Shown here: one piece after another, positions 1 to 13,948 of the stretch
Position numbering within the stretch: position 1 is the first letter of the stretch
Layout: each line of letters begins with the position of its first letter
DNA from: Octopus vulgaris
Lineage: Eukaryota
Assembly (NCBI GenBank): GCA_951406725.2
Contig: OX597822.1
Span: 10,044,001 to 10,108,000, forward strand
DNA: 64,000 nt
Direction of reading: 5' to 3'
Program-made: the position numbers and the translations under genes
The notes under the pieces: generated by a model
What the model was told of the DNA's origin: nothing
Database searches by the model: none
Seen by the model: the letters and a program-made list of their open reading frames with translations, nothing else

Positions 1-452
1 AACCAGCTCTGGATATAATAGAAAAATACTACGATTGCTGATTAAACATGTAGGTTATTATCAAAGTTATCTCTAATAAACACTGAATATGTTTAGAGAA
101 TATAATAATCAGTGACATCATCTTTATTGAAAACAACAGTTAAGTTAGTGTTAACATATTGTACGGTGTGGTAAATTTTGCCACTGACAACAGTATTCTG
201 CAATATGTGGGGAGTTAATCTTTCTGCTGCCAGACGAATACTGAGAGGTGGTTGGTGTCTCTTGCCACTATGATAGAAATTAGCAAATTATACCATGAAG
301 GATCTGGTGCGTAAGGCCTGTGTACTTTTAAAAAACGTCTTTATATAGGTGTCCCATTCTCTGAATAAGCCACTCAGCAAAACTTTGAGTCAAAGTCAAT
401 AAAATCATAAAGAATATCGACATCACTGTACTTATTGATTTTTTTAAAGTAG

Positions 453-488
453 CTTATTTCGAAATGTCGTCACCAAAACAAATTTATT
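453..488 (+). mobile_element. Penelope-like GIY-YIG C-terminal remnant
   Basis: Translates to LISKCRHQNKFI, matching the SKCRHxNKF motif that ends many PLE ORFs; short fragment only. Confidence 0.55.
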
Positions 489-1506
489 CGACGGAAAGCT
501 TTGTCGGGTCAAGTTAATTAGTTAAGTGATATTCAAGGATATTCCAGTGGAATATGAAGTATAGTAGTAAAATGACTCCCCTTTCGCCGTAGTTAAAGAA
601 CTCGAATATATGTATTGGATCTTGTACTTTCACTATATATGCCACTCTCCACCTTACCTTTCCTTTGTGTCTTTATATTATTGTGACTGTTTTCTCTTCC
701 TTCCTTCCTTCCTTCCTTCTTCGTCCCATAATCTCTAATACATAAATATTTTATCGTCTCGTCTGTCTCTCTTCACTCGGTCACCTACTCACATAAAACA
801 TAAAGCATACGGATTGCTCCTCACTTTCAAGTGCTTTCTTCTGAAATATCGACTTCCTCAATCATGTTCTCGTAACCAATTGTATACAGTATTATCAGAG
901 TTCAGCGAATATTCTATCTCTTACTACACTTCTCTCTTTTTGCCCGTCTTCACACTCCGCTTTTTCTCTCATTCTTTCTTTTATCTATCTTTATCTCATA
1001 TCTTTTTATAGTTTTGTTGCTTAGACTTCATATTTTTTATTCTTTCCGTTCCCTTCTTTTGTGAGCCTCTTCTCTTTTTCTTTAATATTTTCGATGTATA
1101 TCTCAAGCCTTCGCAGTTTTCTTACCATATCACATTATTAATAATACTCTTATATCTAAATATCTTGTCCACCACTAAATATTTGAAATACCAAAATTAT
1201 ATATACATATGTGTATATGTGTGTGTGTGTATATATACATATATGTGGTGTGTATGTGGGTGTGTGTGTATATATATATTTACACAAAGTCGTAAATACG
1301 GGCATATATTTAATCATATATCCATGCCTATGTATGTATGTATCTATCTATCTATCAATTTATCTATCTACATGTATGTGTGTAAGGGTGTGTGTGTGTG
1401 TGTGTGTGAGCGCGCGCGTGTATGTATTATGTATATATTTGTATATACATATACATATATGAGCATATATATACATACACACATATGTATAATAGTTATG
1501 CATATA

Positions 1507-1921
1507 GGCGCAGACGTGGCTGTGTGGTATGAAGCTTGCTTACGAACGACACGGTTCTGAGTTCAGTCCCACTGTGTGGCACCTTGGGTAAGTGTCGTCT
1601 ACTATAGCCTCAGGCCGACCAAAGTTTTGTGAGTGAATCTGTTAGACGGAAACTGAAATAAGCCCGTCGTATATATATGTATATTTTTATGGGTATATCT
1701 TTGAGCTTGTGTATGTCCCGCACCACCACCATCGCATGTCAACCGATGTTGGTGTGTTTACGTCCCCGTAACTTAGCGGTTCGGCAGAAGATACCGATAG
1801 AATAAGTACCAGGTTTACAAAGAATAAGTTCAGAGGTCGATTTCTTCGATTAAAAAGCGGTGCTCCACCATGGCTCCAGTCGAATGACTGACACAAGTAA
1901 AAGTATAAAAGAATAAAAGAA
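1507..1921 (+). mobile_element. tRNA-derived SINE type 1, full length
   Basis: Head GGCGCAGACGTGGCTGTGTGG...GTTCAGTCCC (A/B-box-like), CORE-like ACCTTGGGTAAGT, internal TA/TG tract, tail GCGGTGCTCC...CAGTCGAATGACTG and A-rich end; about 20 copies or fragments in the window. Confidence 0.9.
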
Positions 1922-2436
1922 TATGGGTATGTGTGTGTGCGTGTGTGTGTGTGCATGTGCGTGATGTTCGTTGACATGTGTGCACAGACATTTCTGAAGG
2001 TACGTGTTTATGTGTGTGTGTGTGTGTACATAAATCATGAGAACTAATGTTTTCGGTAATGGTTCCAAATGTGCTAGAAACCTATTAGAATATTTCAGTG
2101 GCACACACATGATTTAGTTTGTTCGGCATATTTTGTTATTATTATTTATATTTTACATGTTTATTTATTTAAATTTATATTAATTTATTTGATACTTTCA
2201 TACTAAAAAAATAAGTTTATAATTTATGGCGATTACACTGGTCAACAAAATTAACTTTAATTTACATCAGAGATAAAATTAGTCTCCTGCGAATGCATTT
2301 TCTGCACTGACTCCAAATCCGTTAGTTTTTACCGCCCAATTTGAAATAATTTCTTTTAATAATTATATTTCTCTGTTTCATCATTATTTAAATATTCTAT
2401 ACAACTTAGTTTATTGCTTTAACCTAAATATAACAT

Positions 2437-2759
2437 TTCTTTTTCCCTTTTTCGCCTTTTTCAAGCCTAGCCAGGCTCATGGGCCCGCTTTCCCGGTTTC
2501 TGTGGCGTATGTGTTCCCCCCTCCCCAGCTAGACGGGACACCAATCCATCGCAGCGTTACTCAAGAAACAGGAAGAAAGAGTGAGAGAAAGTTGGGACGA
2601 AAGAGTACAACAGGGGTCGCCACCACCCCCTGCCGGAGCCTCGTGGAGTTTTAGGTGTTTTCGCTCATTAAATACACACAACGCCCGGTCTGGGTATCGA
2701 AACAGCGATCCTTCGACCGTGAGTCCGCTGCCCTAACCACTGGGCCATTGCGCCTCCAC
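2437..2759 (-). mobile_element. tRNA-derived SINE type 3 with tail variant A
   Basis: Head GGAGGCGCAATGGCCCAGTGGTTAGGGCAGCGGACTC on the minus strand; 11-bp TSD AAATATAACAT at 2426-2436 and 2760-2770. Confidence 0.9.
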
Positions 2760-4428
2760 AAATATAACATACACTTGATTAATTCATACAAAATTGTAAA
2801 TTTCATATTTATCTCTTAGTCCCAATTAGAAACGTATGCAATTGAAGGATGCAGCTTAAAACCTTATACACGGTTTTAAGTGTCTTAAATCTGATATTCT
2901 TCTTAGAAACTTGGTAGCAGCCAACAACGATTAGCCATCATGCCTTCGTTCCGATTTTTTTCGAATCATTTTCGTATTGCCTTACTGTCTCGTTCTTATT
3001 TAAAGTTTACCACATCCAAGATTGCATGGAAAAAAATCTTTAAGGAGAGTGATGGATGTATATTTTTAAGAACACTCGATAGCACACTCCTTTCTGATAC
3101 CAATGAGGTTCTCAACGTCATTTCAATATAGTAGGGTCTTCTTTTCGTAAAATTATTTATGAATCCGCTAAGCTTTTAATTTCAGTGATAATATTTATCC
3201 CTACTTAAGCGTGGATGTTCTGTTAGAACAAACTATTCTGCGGTAGTTAACACGAGAGAAACTCTGAGATTGGGTTTTGATGCAAAATGCACTCATGTTT
3301 ATACCGCGAGCGGGGAGATAAATATCCGCTACCTCCAGCACGGAGATCACCAGATCACGCGATTTCGACCTCCCTTACTCTCGTCAGTGATGAACGTTCC
3401 ACTGCTAGAGATAGCAACGAACTCGTACGTCAGAGGCTACATGAATCGTAGATAAGATTATGAAGAGTTAAGCGATATCATTGCAATAGCAGAGTGGCTC
3501 GTGCACTGTATAGCGTGTAGCCAAATTAAAATTTAGCTTTGAATCACTCAAACATTTTAGTAAGTCCTGGGGCGAGAGGACCTACCTCCTGCTTAGACAA
3601 CGTTAACTATCAGTCAAACGCTATTGAGTAAAATTATTCACTCAAAACTTTCTCTCCCTATTTCTCTATTTCTCTCTCCCTCTCTACCCCACTCTTTCTT
3701 TTTCTGCGTGTGCAATGCCTTCAGGCATTGGTGATCATGATCCTCAATTTCACGATTTTTCTTGTGAATGATACAGCAGTGCTTTCCTGTTGTCTAATAA
3801 CGTTTTATTGACAATTTCCTCTGCTTGTCTCTTATTCCTAAACCCCCGAGCTTATTCTAGAGGCACAGAGTGAATTTCACTCTAGGCAGAACTGGTTCAC
3901 ATAACTACAGGACATCTCTCTAATTACAACTGGGACGGTATGGGACAAGATTTCCTCCGAGTAATATATATATATCGTAGCTAAGGATAACCTCCTGATA
4001 TGTTACCCATAACAAGGGACCTTTACAGATTATTATCACCCCGGATCACAGCAATCCTGGTATTTGTGATGACTTAGGGTAAACTCGTTAAAACACCTGA
4101 ACATCCTAGCAGGAGCGTCACTACAAGATGAATCTTAATGTCTTCAAGTTACCATCATCCAACATTAAATTGAATCCAGCTCTAAGCATTTAGTTCGTGC
4201 CGGAATTTATTGACCCTGGAGTAATGAAATGCGTCGTTGTTACCTGCAGAATTTGGGACTCAGGACATAATATGCCGGAACTAAGACTGCAATCCATCTC
4301 ATATCCGATGACCTAAAGATTCTGCCAGCCTACCGCCTAATTTCTCTTTAAAAATGGTCAAATATTTATGCATTTGTATGTATGTATGTATGTATGTATG
4401 TATGTATGTATGTATGTATGTATGCATG

Positions 4429-4504
<76 letters not shown>

Positions 4505-4653
4505 TATCAAAGTTATGCATGTACGTATGTATAAGTATTTATACACGTATGTGTGTATAAGCATGTGTATATAAATAACTCTGTATGTATGCTTATGTCT
4601 ACAATAAATGTATATAAATGTGTGTGCTTGTAATATATGTATGCCTATATATA

Positions 4654-5521
4654 CGAGTTGGTATATAGAAAGGTCACGGACTAATTATGTTTAAAGACAA
4701 ATACCTTATTTACCTAAATTTTAACATCATCTCCTACAAAATAGTCACCTTGTGCAGCAACACAGGATTCCCGCCACTTTTGGAATCTGCCTGGCAACTA
4801 TTTTTCGTAAGCGAGTCGAGGAACCTCTGCGATTCGCTTTTGATTTCGATAACGGTGTTTAAACGGTGGCCTTTGAGCTGTATTTTCATCTTGAGGAAGA
4901 GATAGAAGTCTGCAGGTGCTAAATCTGGTGAATAGGGCGAGTGTAGAAGCGATACCATGTTGTTTATGGTGAGGAACTCAACGAGCGAGAAGAGCTCGGT
5001 GATAGGGTGCATTGTCATCTTGAAGAATCCAATTCTACATGCTTCACAGATTTTGTCCCTTTCACCGAATGTTTCTCCCTCAAATGCTTCAAACCGTCGC
5101 AGTAGAACTCTCGGATGACAATCTGGTCTTGAGGTATGGTCGAAAAACACGATGAGCAAGCTCTTAATTGAACTACGGCTCTGTTGTGCGTCGTGCCACT
5201 CGAAACATTTCGCATGGTCCATTGACTTGTCACCGTAAGCTTGCCGAAGCTTGTTCAATGTCTTTGTAGCAGACTTCCCAAGTTTAACGCAAAACTTCCC
5301 GTTGGATTTTTACTCATCTTCTTCTCCATGACAAAAATCACAGACTTCAGCATATAGGCGTGGGAGTGACTGTGTGGTAAGTAGCTTGCTTACGAACCTC
5401 ATGGTTCCGGGTTCAGTCCCACTGCGTGGCACTTTGGGCAAGTGTCTTCTACTATAGCCTCGAGCAGACCAAAGTCTTGTGAGTGGATTTGGTAGATGGA
5501 AACTGAAAGAAGCCCGTCGTA

Positions 5522-5587
<66 letters not shown>

Positions 5588-5973
5588 TGTATGTGTGTGT
5601 TTGTGTGTCTGTGTTTGTCCCCCCAATATCGCTTGACAACCGATGCTGGTGTGTTTACGTTCCCGTAACATAGCGGTTCGGCAAAAGAGACCGATAGAAT
5701 AAGTACTAGGCTTACAAAGAATAAGTCTCAGGGTCGATTTGCTCGCCTAAAGGCGGTGCTCCAGCATGGCCACAGTCAAATGACTGAAAGTAAAAAGAGT
5801 AAAAGAAAAGAGTATACACGTGATCACGAAAACACAAATTCCACAACCTGCGAAGTAAACACAGCGATTTCAGTCGGCACACTGTCTCGTGAAGGTCACT
5901 GCGCACGCAACCGTGTGCTGCCATCTGTTGGTGGTCTACAGAACTAGTCCGAGAACTTCTTGATACCATCTCG
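4654..5973 (-). mobile_element. Internally deleted mariner, interrupted by a SINE
   Basis: Imperfect ~30-bp TIRs (CGAGTTGGTATATAGAAAGGTCACGGACTA / TAGTCCGAGAACTTCTTGATACCATCTCG) flanked by TA; ORF 4734-5258 has an HTH remnant, LLIVFFD and HSPYSPDLAPADFYLF. Confidence 0.9.
5357..5812 (+). mobile_element. SINE type 1 inserted in the mariner
   Basis: Full head, internal (TA)n/(TG)n and tail; splits the mariner 5' region. Confidence 0.92.
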
Positions 5974-6161
5974 TAAGCAACCAGTAAAAGAATGCAAATA
6001 GAAACAAAAACAAACATGTATATAAGCTTATAGTTACGAGAAAGAGCTTGTGACAGAGGGAGAAGTGGTGGGTAGGGAAAGAGAGAATGAGATTCCGAGA
6101 ATGAGACACGGAATGAGAAACAGAGTGAGAGAGAGTGAAAGAGAGAGTATGTCTGTGTGTG

Positions 6162-6202
<41 letters not shown>

Positions 6203-6442
6203 AACTTCTGTATTTTTCTCTTTAAAGATATCTGGCGATTTTCGTCATAAATTTTTAATTAATAAAATTATTATTAAAGTTATTTTGATATGCATACATA
6301 ATGAAGTCACGAAACACATACATTCATGGAAAGCGCGTTTTACTAATTTTCTTGCATATCTACGAGTGTATATTTATCTGTCTCTGTGTATTTCCTACCC
6401 TACCTCTTTCTATACACGCACACATGTTCACACACATGCGCA

Positions 6443-6880
<438 letters not shown>

Positions 6881-7459
6881 ATATTACAGACCTAATATAG
6901 ACAGACGAAATGCCATACATCCGAGTAGCTAATTTAGTTTATACCAGCCGTCCCCTGAGGGACATGCGATCACTTCCCACCACACTACTTCCTAGCAGAC
7001 GTTCCGCTAGGATGCCATCGTTACGTCCCTGGCCCAGTGACTTTATAACCTGGCACCTTGTAATGTTTCTTTATGTAGTCTTCCCCCAATTCACCCCCAG
7101 GTCAACCTACGCAACTAATTCACGAATCCCCCCTCACTATACTGACACGCTCTCCTAGGGACGCTTACTGCATACAACAACAACAAAATCCAATGAAATT
7201 TGAACATAAGCAGATTCAGTGTTGCGAGTCAATAAACTTTGATTAATTACTATTAGACTTGTAAAGAGAAATAAAAAAAAAATTAATTAACTTAACGATT
7301 AATTGTGGTCAAAAAAAAGAAGAGAAGACAAATCAGGAATTTAAAGTAATTAAAAATATATTTACTAAATTTGAATGTAATGACAAGTTAGTCTGGATCA
7401 GTAGAATCAGCAATGGTGTTTATATTATCGACCTCGGGGTTCATGAAAAGAGAACTGAA

Positions 7460-7709
7460 TACAGTTCTATATTTAAGAGATGAGGAATTATGTACATTAT
7501 TTACATTATTTACAATTGACGGATATTTGTCCCCATCTTGTTTGTTGTTACCACGACGTTTCGGCTGATCAACCTTCATCAGGTGTCTTGGAGAAATTTT
7601 GAACCTGGGTTTTCATTCCTACGGTATTTTTCAATGTTGGTATTATTATTGTTATCATTATTATTATTCAGGTCACTGCCTGGAATCGAACTCGGAATCT
7701 TGGGGTTAG
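7460..7709 (-). mobile_element. Inverted partial copy of the tRNA-(AAT)n-hammerhead short element
   Basis: Reverse complement matches 7768-7816 joined to 11190-11260 and continues through a hammerhead core. Confidence 0.8.
7552..7586 (-). ncRNA. Minimal type I hammerhead ribozyme motif
   Basis: Minus strand acac-CTGATGA-a-ggttgatcagcc-GAAA-C-GTC-gtg: intact core, stem II GGTTG/CAGCC, palindromic ACGT stem III, stem I CAC/GTG. Confidence 0.7.
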
Positions 7710-7733
7710 GTTTTCTACTACACCAGCAATAAC

Positions 7734-7807
7734 GGACATATGGCGCATTGGTTAAGAGCACGGGCTACTAACCCCAAGATTCCGAGTTCGATTCCAGGCA
7801 GTGACCA

Positions 7808-7809
<2 letters not shown>
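7734..7809 (+). mobile_element. tRNA-like head of short element (5' half, split by LINE)
   Basis: A box TGGCGCATTGG, anticodon-like arm GGG-CTACTAA-CCC, B box GTTCGATTCC; resembles tRNA-Ile(AAT); acceptor stem is poor, so not a functional tRNA. Confidence 0.75.
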
Positions 7810-7890
<81 letters not shown>

Positions 7891-10800
7891 TTGACCCAAC
7901 TGAACTACGTGAACTAAAGAATCAAATGATGATTGCATGGCTGAAACTTAAAGAAACCTATTTGGATGAACGCGATACACTCCCGAGAATCTGCAACTCT
8001 AACCAAAACATGAAAATAATTGGTAAAATCCGGCTTGCACTTAAGGATATAATTTCAGCTAATGATGTTAATATCACAGATCTCAACCACCTGTACTATG
8101 CATCCGCAAAAATCTCAACGATCATATGTGGTGAAAAGATTAGAAAATGGCAACATTCCCACAAAAAGCCTTCTTAGCAAGAGTGTATCCAACATCAAAT
8201 TAAACTACTTAGGTCTGACATTGAATTTTTGAAAAACCTTAAGGTTGACAAGACTACCAAACCTACAAAAACCCAAAAATTAAAGAAAAAATATATGAAA
8301 ACTATACTTGATATTGATGCCACCATAGAAACCATCAAACAAAAGGCATCTGCGAAAGCAGCCTGCATAGCGAGGTATGAAAAGCGTGTTAGATTCTTCA
8401 GGGACAACAACATGTTCAAAAATAACCCCAAAAATGTTTACAGGAAGATAGGGAAAACACCAGTTACTGTAAAGTCTGTACCATCAAAAGCCGAAGTGCA
8501 CGGTCTTTGGAATTATATTTGGGCAGAAGAAAAAACACACAACGAAAAAGCCCCTTGGATTGATAGAATAGCTACGGACTTGTACTCCTTAGAAGGGCAA
8601 AAGTGGGTGGGTGTCAAGGTAGAAGATGTAAGATCTGCTCTCAGGAGGTCAAGCAAATGGAAGTCTCCAGGAAAGGATAAAATTCCTAACTTCTGGTTGA
8701 ATACCTTCCCAGAGAGCCATGAACTGTTAACAGAACGTTACAATGATGTTTTGCAACACCCTAGTAGGATGCCTCCTTGGCTAGTTAATGGGTTAACATT
8801 CCTGCTTCCAAAAAGGGAAGAAACAAATGAACCAAAAAACTATAGACCCATAACCTGCTTAACAACTATGTATAAAACACTAACATCTGTCCTGACGGAA
8901 TATACCTATAGTTTTTTGACAGACAGCAGCATATTCCCTAATGAACAGAAAGGATGTAAACGTGAATCCTATGGTTGTAAAGTTCAGCTACTCATCAACA
9001 AGATGATCTTAGAAGATTGTCACAAACGACGCAAAAACCTGTCAATAGCCTGGATAGACTATAAAAAGGCTTTTGATAGCCTACCACATAGCTGGATTAA
9101 GAAATGTCTAGAGATGTACAAAATAGCTCCTACTCTACGAAACTTCTTGTCTGTAAGTATGAAATGATGGAGAACCACACTAACTTTGAACAGTGACGAT
9201 GAATCTCTAAATGCTGGTGATGTAAAAATTTCATGTGGCATTTTCCAAGGCGACTCACTATCACCACTCCTCTTTTGTTTAGCCTTAATACCTCTCTCAA
9301 AATTGCTCAATGACGCAAAGTACGGATATAAAATGTTGGATAAAAATATAAATCATCTCATTTACATGGAGGATTTATTTAAAGCTCTTTGCAATAAATG
9401 ACAAACCACTCAAGGGCTTACTAGCGATAGTCAAACAATTCAGTGACGATATCAGAATGCAATTTGGCCTCGATAAATTTGTAAAAGCTATCTTTATCAA
9501 AGGAAAAATGACAGAAACATTTAACGTTAACCTTGACCAGCAGAATGTCATAAAACAACGAGACCCAGCGGAGAGCTACAAGTACCTAGGGGTAATTGAA
9601 GGGGACGGAATAAGGCATTCAGTGATGAAGGAAAGGGTAAGGAGAGAATGTTATCGCAGAGTAAGAGCAATACTCAAGACAGCTGAATGCGAGAAACAAG
9701 ATCGAAGCGATCAATGCATTAGCCATACTAGTCGTGACTTACAGTTTCAATATCGTTAACTGGTCAATTACTGAAATATGTATTCTTGACAGAAAAATAC
9801 GAAAACTGTTGACAATGTATAGAATGCACCACCCTAAGGCAGATATAGAACGACTTTATCTACCAAAAAAGGAGGGAGGCCGTGGGTTTTTGCAACTGGC
9901 AATAACAATGAAGGTTGCTACAATTGGACTAGACACCTACCTGAAAAACTCTGAGGACTGGATGTTAAAACTTGTCTCAAAACATGAAAACAAGAAAGCA
10001 TCATACTCAGTAACAAAACAGGCAAAGTAATACCTAAGTGAATTCCGAATACAACAAATTCCGGAATTTGACACACAAGAAACAAGCACAGAAAAAGCTA
10101 AGCGCATGAAAACCCGTGCTAAAACTGCGGCCTTAGATATTCTGAATGATAAATGGCAAGAAAAACATCTCAATGGCAAATACCCAAAGAGAGCGAATAA
10201 TGCAGATGTTGACAAAGCCCTTACCCATCAATGGCTAATGGCCTCTGGCTTAAAATCTGACACAGAAGGGTTTATCATAGCAGCTCAAGATCAATGCCTA
10301 CCAACAAGGAACTACCAGGCCAACGTATTAAAGAACGGTAGTAGCCCAACATGTCGAGTATGTCAACAACAAAATGAAACCATTGATCATGTTGTCTCCA
10401 AGTGCAGTCTTCTGGCGCCTACAGAGTATCTCAACAGGCATGATAGAGCTGCACAATATATTCACTGGATAATCTGCAAAAACGTGGATTTACCACATGA
10501 AAAAAACTGGTGGGAACACTAACCACCTCCAGTGCTTGAAAATGACCACATCTCACTCCTCTGGAACTTCCCCATTCAAACTGACAGAAAGATAGAAGCA
10601 AATAGGCCAGACGTCATATTGAAAACTTCAGACAAAAAACATGGCTCCTCATTGATATGACTGTCCCAATCGATATAAACGTATCAGTCAAGACCTACCA
10701 AAAACTGAGCAAATATAAAGATCTTGAAATAGAAATCAGCAAAATGTGGAAGTTGAAGACTAAAATAATACCTGTTGTCATAGGTGCCCTGGGAATGATA

Positions 10801-11108
10801 GCAAAAGGGGCTGATTGTTACCCACCTCAGATACCAGGAAACCCCAAAATGGCAGAAATTCAAAAGATAGTGCTCATGGGAACTGCTCATATCCTACGCA
10901 AAATACTTTCTATGTAATCTCAAGTTTTTAAACAAACATAATTTTCGTATGTTTGTTTAGGCATTCACTAGTACAGCACAAAGTACAAAACCAAATATAT
11001 GGCACCCTAGGCATAACACAACATGAACTTCCAACCTGTTGTCTCTTGAGGTCTCTGGGTGAGACTTGGAGCCAACTTGTGCAAATGTAAAGCAAATGTC
11101 AAACATAG
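7891..11108 (+). mobile_element. 5'-truncated, inactivated RLE-type non-LTR retrotransposon (R4/Dong-like), family A
   Basis: RT motifs KSPGKD, YRPITCL, EQKG, WIDYKKAFDS, GIFQGDSLSPLLF, YMED (degenerate YMDD), YKYLG; CCHC knuckle CRVC..ETIDHVVSKC, RHD, RPD, DMTVP..KLSKYKDL endonuclease; several stops and frameshifts; (AAT)n on both flanks. Confidence 0.93.
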
Positions 11109-11123
11109 AATAATAATAATAAC

Positions 11124-11173
<50 letters not shown>

Positions 11174-11189
11174 CAACAGCAACAACAAC

Positions 11190-11260
11190 AACAACAACAT
11201 CGAAAAATACCTTAGGAATGAGAACCCAGGTTCGAAATTTCTCCAAGACACGTGATGAAG
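11190..11260 (+). mobile_element. 3' half of the tRNA-(AAT)n-hammerhead element
   Basis: CATCGAAAAATACCTTAGGAATGAGAACCCAGGTTCGAAATTTCTCCAAGACACGTGATGAAG matches the inverted copy at 7574-7640; truncated inside the ribozyme core. Confidence 0.8.
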
Positions 11261-11415
11261 CTACTATAAATCGGCATGAACTTTCCGGACAAACCAATAA
11301 TTCGCTGAAACATGGTCAATAATAGTGGTATTTTAACACAAAATCGTAAACAGAATTCTAATTACGCGAAACCTGTTTGCTGATGCAATAATAAATTGTT
11401 TCTTTCTCCGTCTAC

Positions 11416-11532
11416 CCATTTCGGTTACGTCTCTCTCTTTGTATTTCGATGCCGGGTCTCTCTGGTAGAGTAGGCTTATGGTCTTCCACTTTAGGGTAGA
11501 CGCGTGATTTGATTTCGTATATGTGTGCAAGT
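11416..11532 (-). other. Candidate 117-nt exon of an unidentified gene
   Basis: Non-repetitive; pyrimidine tract ccttttcccctcccacaaAG and G|GTAGAC donor; two open frames; no recognisable domain. Confidence 0.25.
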
Positions 11533-11798
11533 CTTTGTGGGAGGGGAAAAGGGGGGCGATGGTGTAAAATTGGTCGATTAAAAATAACAATAACAACTGC
11601 TCTCAGTTTCTTCACATGAATAGCAGACAGTTCTTTAGGCCGCTTTTTAACGCCATCGAACAAGCATTTTAGGAAAATAAATATAAGAAATAAGTGGAAA
11701 TTTTACCGGTATGTTAAATTATAAGGCACTAAAAAAATGATCTCCCTAGACACAACAAAACAAGCATTTCTTTTACATACACGCACACACGCTCGCAT

Positions 11799-11834
<36 letters not shown>

Positions 11835-12243
11835 TTACACAGGTATATTTACATTTATTTGTGAAGTAACACAAATGGATCGAGGGGGAATAAGAAACGG
11901 ACTAGTGACAACATGAGAGATTACAACAGGTAGACAAAGTTATTCTACACTTATCAATGTAGAATAAAAAAATAGAAATGAGCAAGAAAAAAGAACGTAT
12001 GAAAAGAAAGGACGCCTTTTTAAAGTGCGTGAGTAACTTTCATCTATATGCGTTTGGTTGTAAAACAGGAAGTAGAGAAACGGGTTGGGTGGTGCCAAAA
12101 TTTGGCGAAGATGTGGGGAATTTTGCTGCTACGAGCGGTGCGGAAGTGACTGAGGAAGAGAAAGATTAGCGTGGAAGGCATCGAGTAAAAGTCTGAGAAG
12201 AAAGAAGGTAGGATTAAAATGGAGAAGATAGGGAGAAGTAATA

Positions 12244-12651
12244 CTCTTTTACTATTTTACTTGTTTCAGTCATTTGACTGCGGCCATGCTGGAGCACCGC
12301 CTTTAGTCGAGCAAATCGACCCCGGGACTTATTCTTTGTAAGCCCAGTACTTATTATATCGGTCTCTTTTGCCGAAACGCTAAGTTACGGGGACGTAAAC
12401 ACACCAGCATCGGTTGTCAAGCAATGCTAGGGGAACAAACACAGACACACAAAGATATACACACACACTTATATATATATATACATATATACGACAGGCT
12501 TCTTTCAGTTTCCATCTACCAAATCCACTCACAAGGCATTGGTCGACCCGGGGCTATAGCAGAAGACACTTGCCCAAGATGCCACGCAGTGGGACTGAAC
12601 CCAGAACCATGTGGTTGGTTAGCAAGCTACTTACCACACAGCCACTCCTCC
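12244..12651 (-). mobile_element. SINE type 1
   Basis: Reverse complement of the type 1 consensus, nearly full length. Confidence 0.92.
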
Positions 12652-12995
12652 TAATGTGTATACATGTGCAATAGGTTTATGCATGAGTGTATGTATAGAG
12701 AAATGAGTATTTGTGAAGTTAGCAGTATGTTAGTATGTTGATATGTGCGTGTGTGCGTGTGTGTGTGTGTGTGCATGTGTGCATGTGTGTGTTTGTGTGA
12801 TATATTTAGGTTGTATAAAGACATGGTTGTGTAAAATTAGTTAATGTAGACTATGGATGTGTAGGTTAAATTTGCATGTATAGGATGTGTTATATGGTTA
12901 GTGATGTTGGGTCCAACAAGTGTAGTAATGTTTTGGATGAACGATGGACGAGGAAGTATTGCAACGGATTCGGGAGCAGGGAATGTCTATATCTA

Positions 12996-13025
<30 letters not shown>

Positions 13026-13029
<4 letters not shown>

Positions 13030-13348
13030 CTAGTTTCAGCTCAGAGCTGCGGCCATGCTGATGCACCGCCGTTTTGTGCTACACTGATATTGCGACGAAT
13101 CTCGTCTAATATGTGGCACTTGGTGAAGAATGGAGTTTGATATAGCTACTCTCATTTGCACCTCTTGCCGTGAGGTAGGTTCATCTGGGACTCTTGACAG
13201 GAAGATGTCCAGCTTTGATTTAAAAACCGCTACATCTACTTTGTGCAAGTTCCTCAGACTCTTTGGGAGAATATTAAAAAGCTGTGGGCCCTTGAAACCC
13301 AGGCTGTTGCAGAAGCTGGTCCTGAAGCGTGATGGCATTGCTGAGGGG
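13026..13348 (-). mobile_element. CR1-group LINE 3' end
   Basis: NSLGFKGPQLFNILPKSLRNL..FKSKLDIFLSRVPDEP resembles CR1/L2-group ORF2 C-termini; followed by a short 3' region ending in a hairpin next to (TA)n. Confidence 0.8.
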
Positions 13349-13551
13349 CGTACAAAAGTAGGTATACATCGATGTTATAGAACTTAATTCATTAAAATTA
13401 TTAGCACATTAAATTAGTATCATTAATCATAACAATACATTTATCATAGGTACGATAATAGTCTTATCGTAACTTGTAATTTTTTTTTATAAAAATAAAT
13501 GAGTATTGTACGTGTTTTGTTTTGCACAACCCTGTATACACACACAAGAAC

Positions 13552-13721
13552 ACGTGTGTGTGTGTGAGTGTGTATGTATGTGTGTGTGTATGTATGTGTG
13601 TGTGTGTGTACATGTGTGTGTGTATGTGTGTATGTGTGTGTATGTGTGTGTATGTGTGTGTATGTGTGTGTGTATGTGTGTGTGTGTGTTTGTGTGTGTG
13701 TATGTGTGTGTGTGTGTCTCT

Positions 13722-13766
<45 letters not shown>

Positions 13767-13805
13767 TGTGTGTGTGTGTATGTGTGTATGTGTGTGTATG
13801 TGTGT

Positions 13806-13870
<65 letters not shown>

Positions 13871-13895
13871 TGTGTGTGTATGTGTGTGTGTCTGT

Positions 13896-13947
<52 letters not shown>

Positions 13948-13948
13948 A

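Noticed and set aside
355-400. Hammerhead-like CTGAATAAGCCACTCAGCAAAACTTTGAGTC, and similar remnants near 3240-3270, 17975 and 40895-40918
   Set aside because: Too many core mismatches to support individually.
7734-7807. Functional tRNA gene
   Set aside because: Poor acceptor and T-stem pairing and continuity with a repeat body; the same applies to the other SINE heads.
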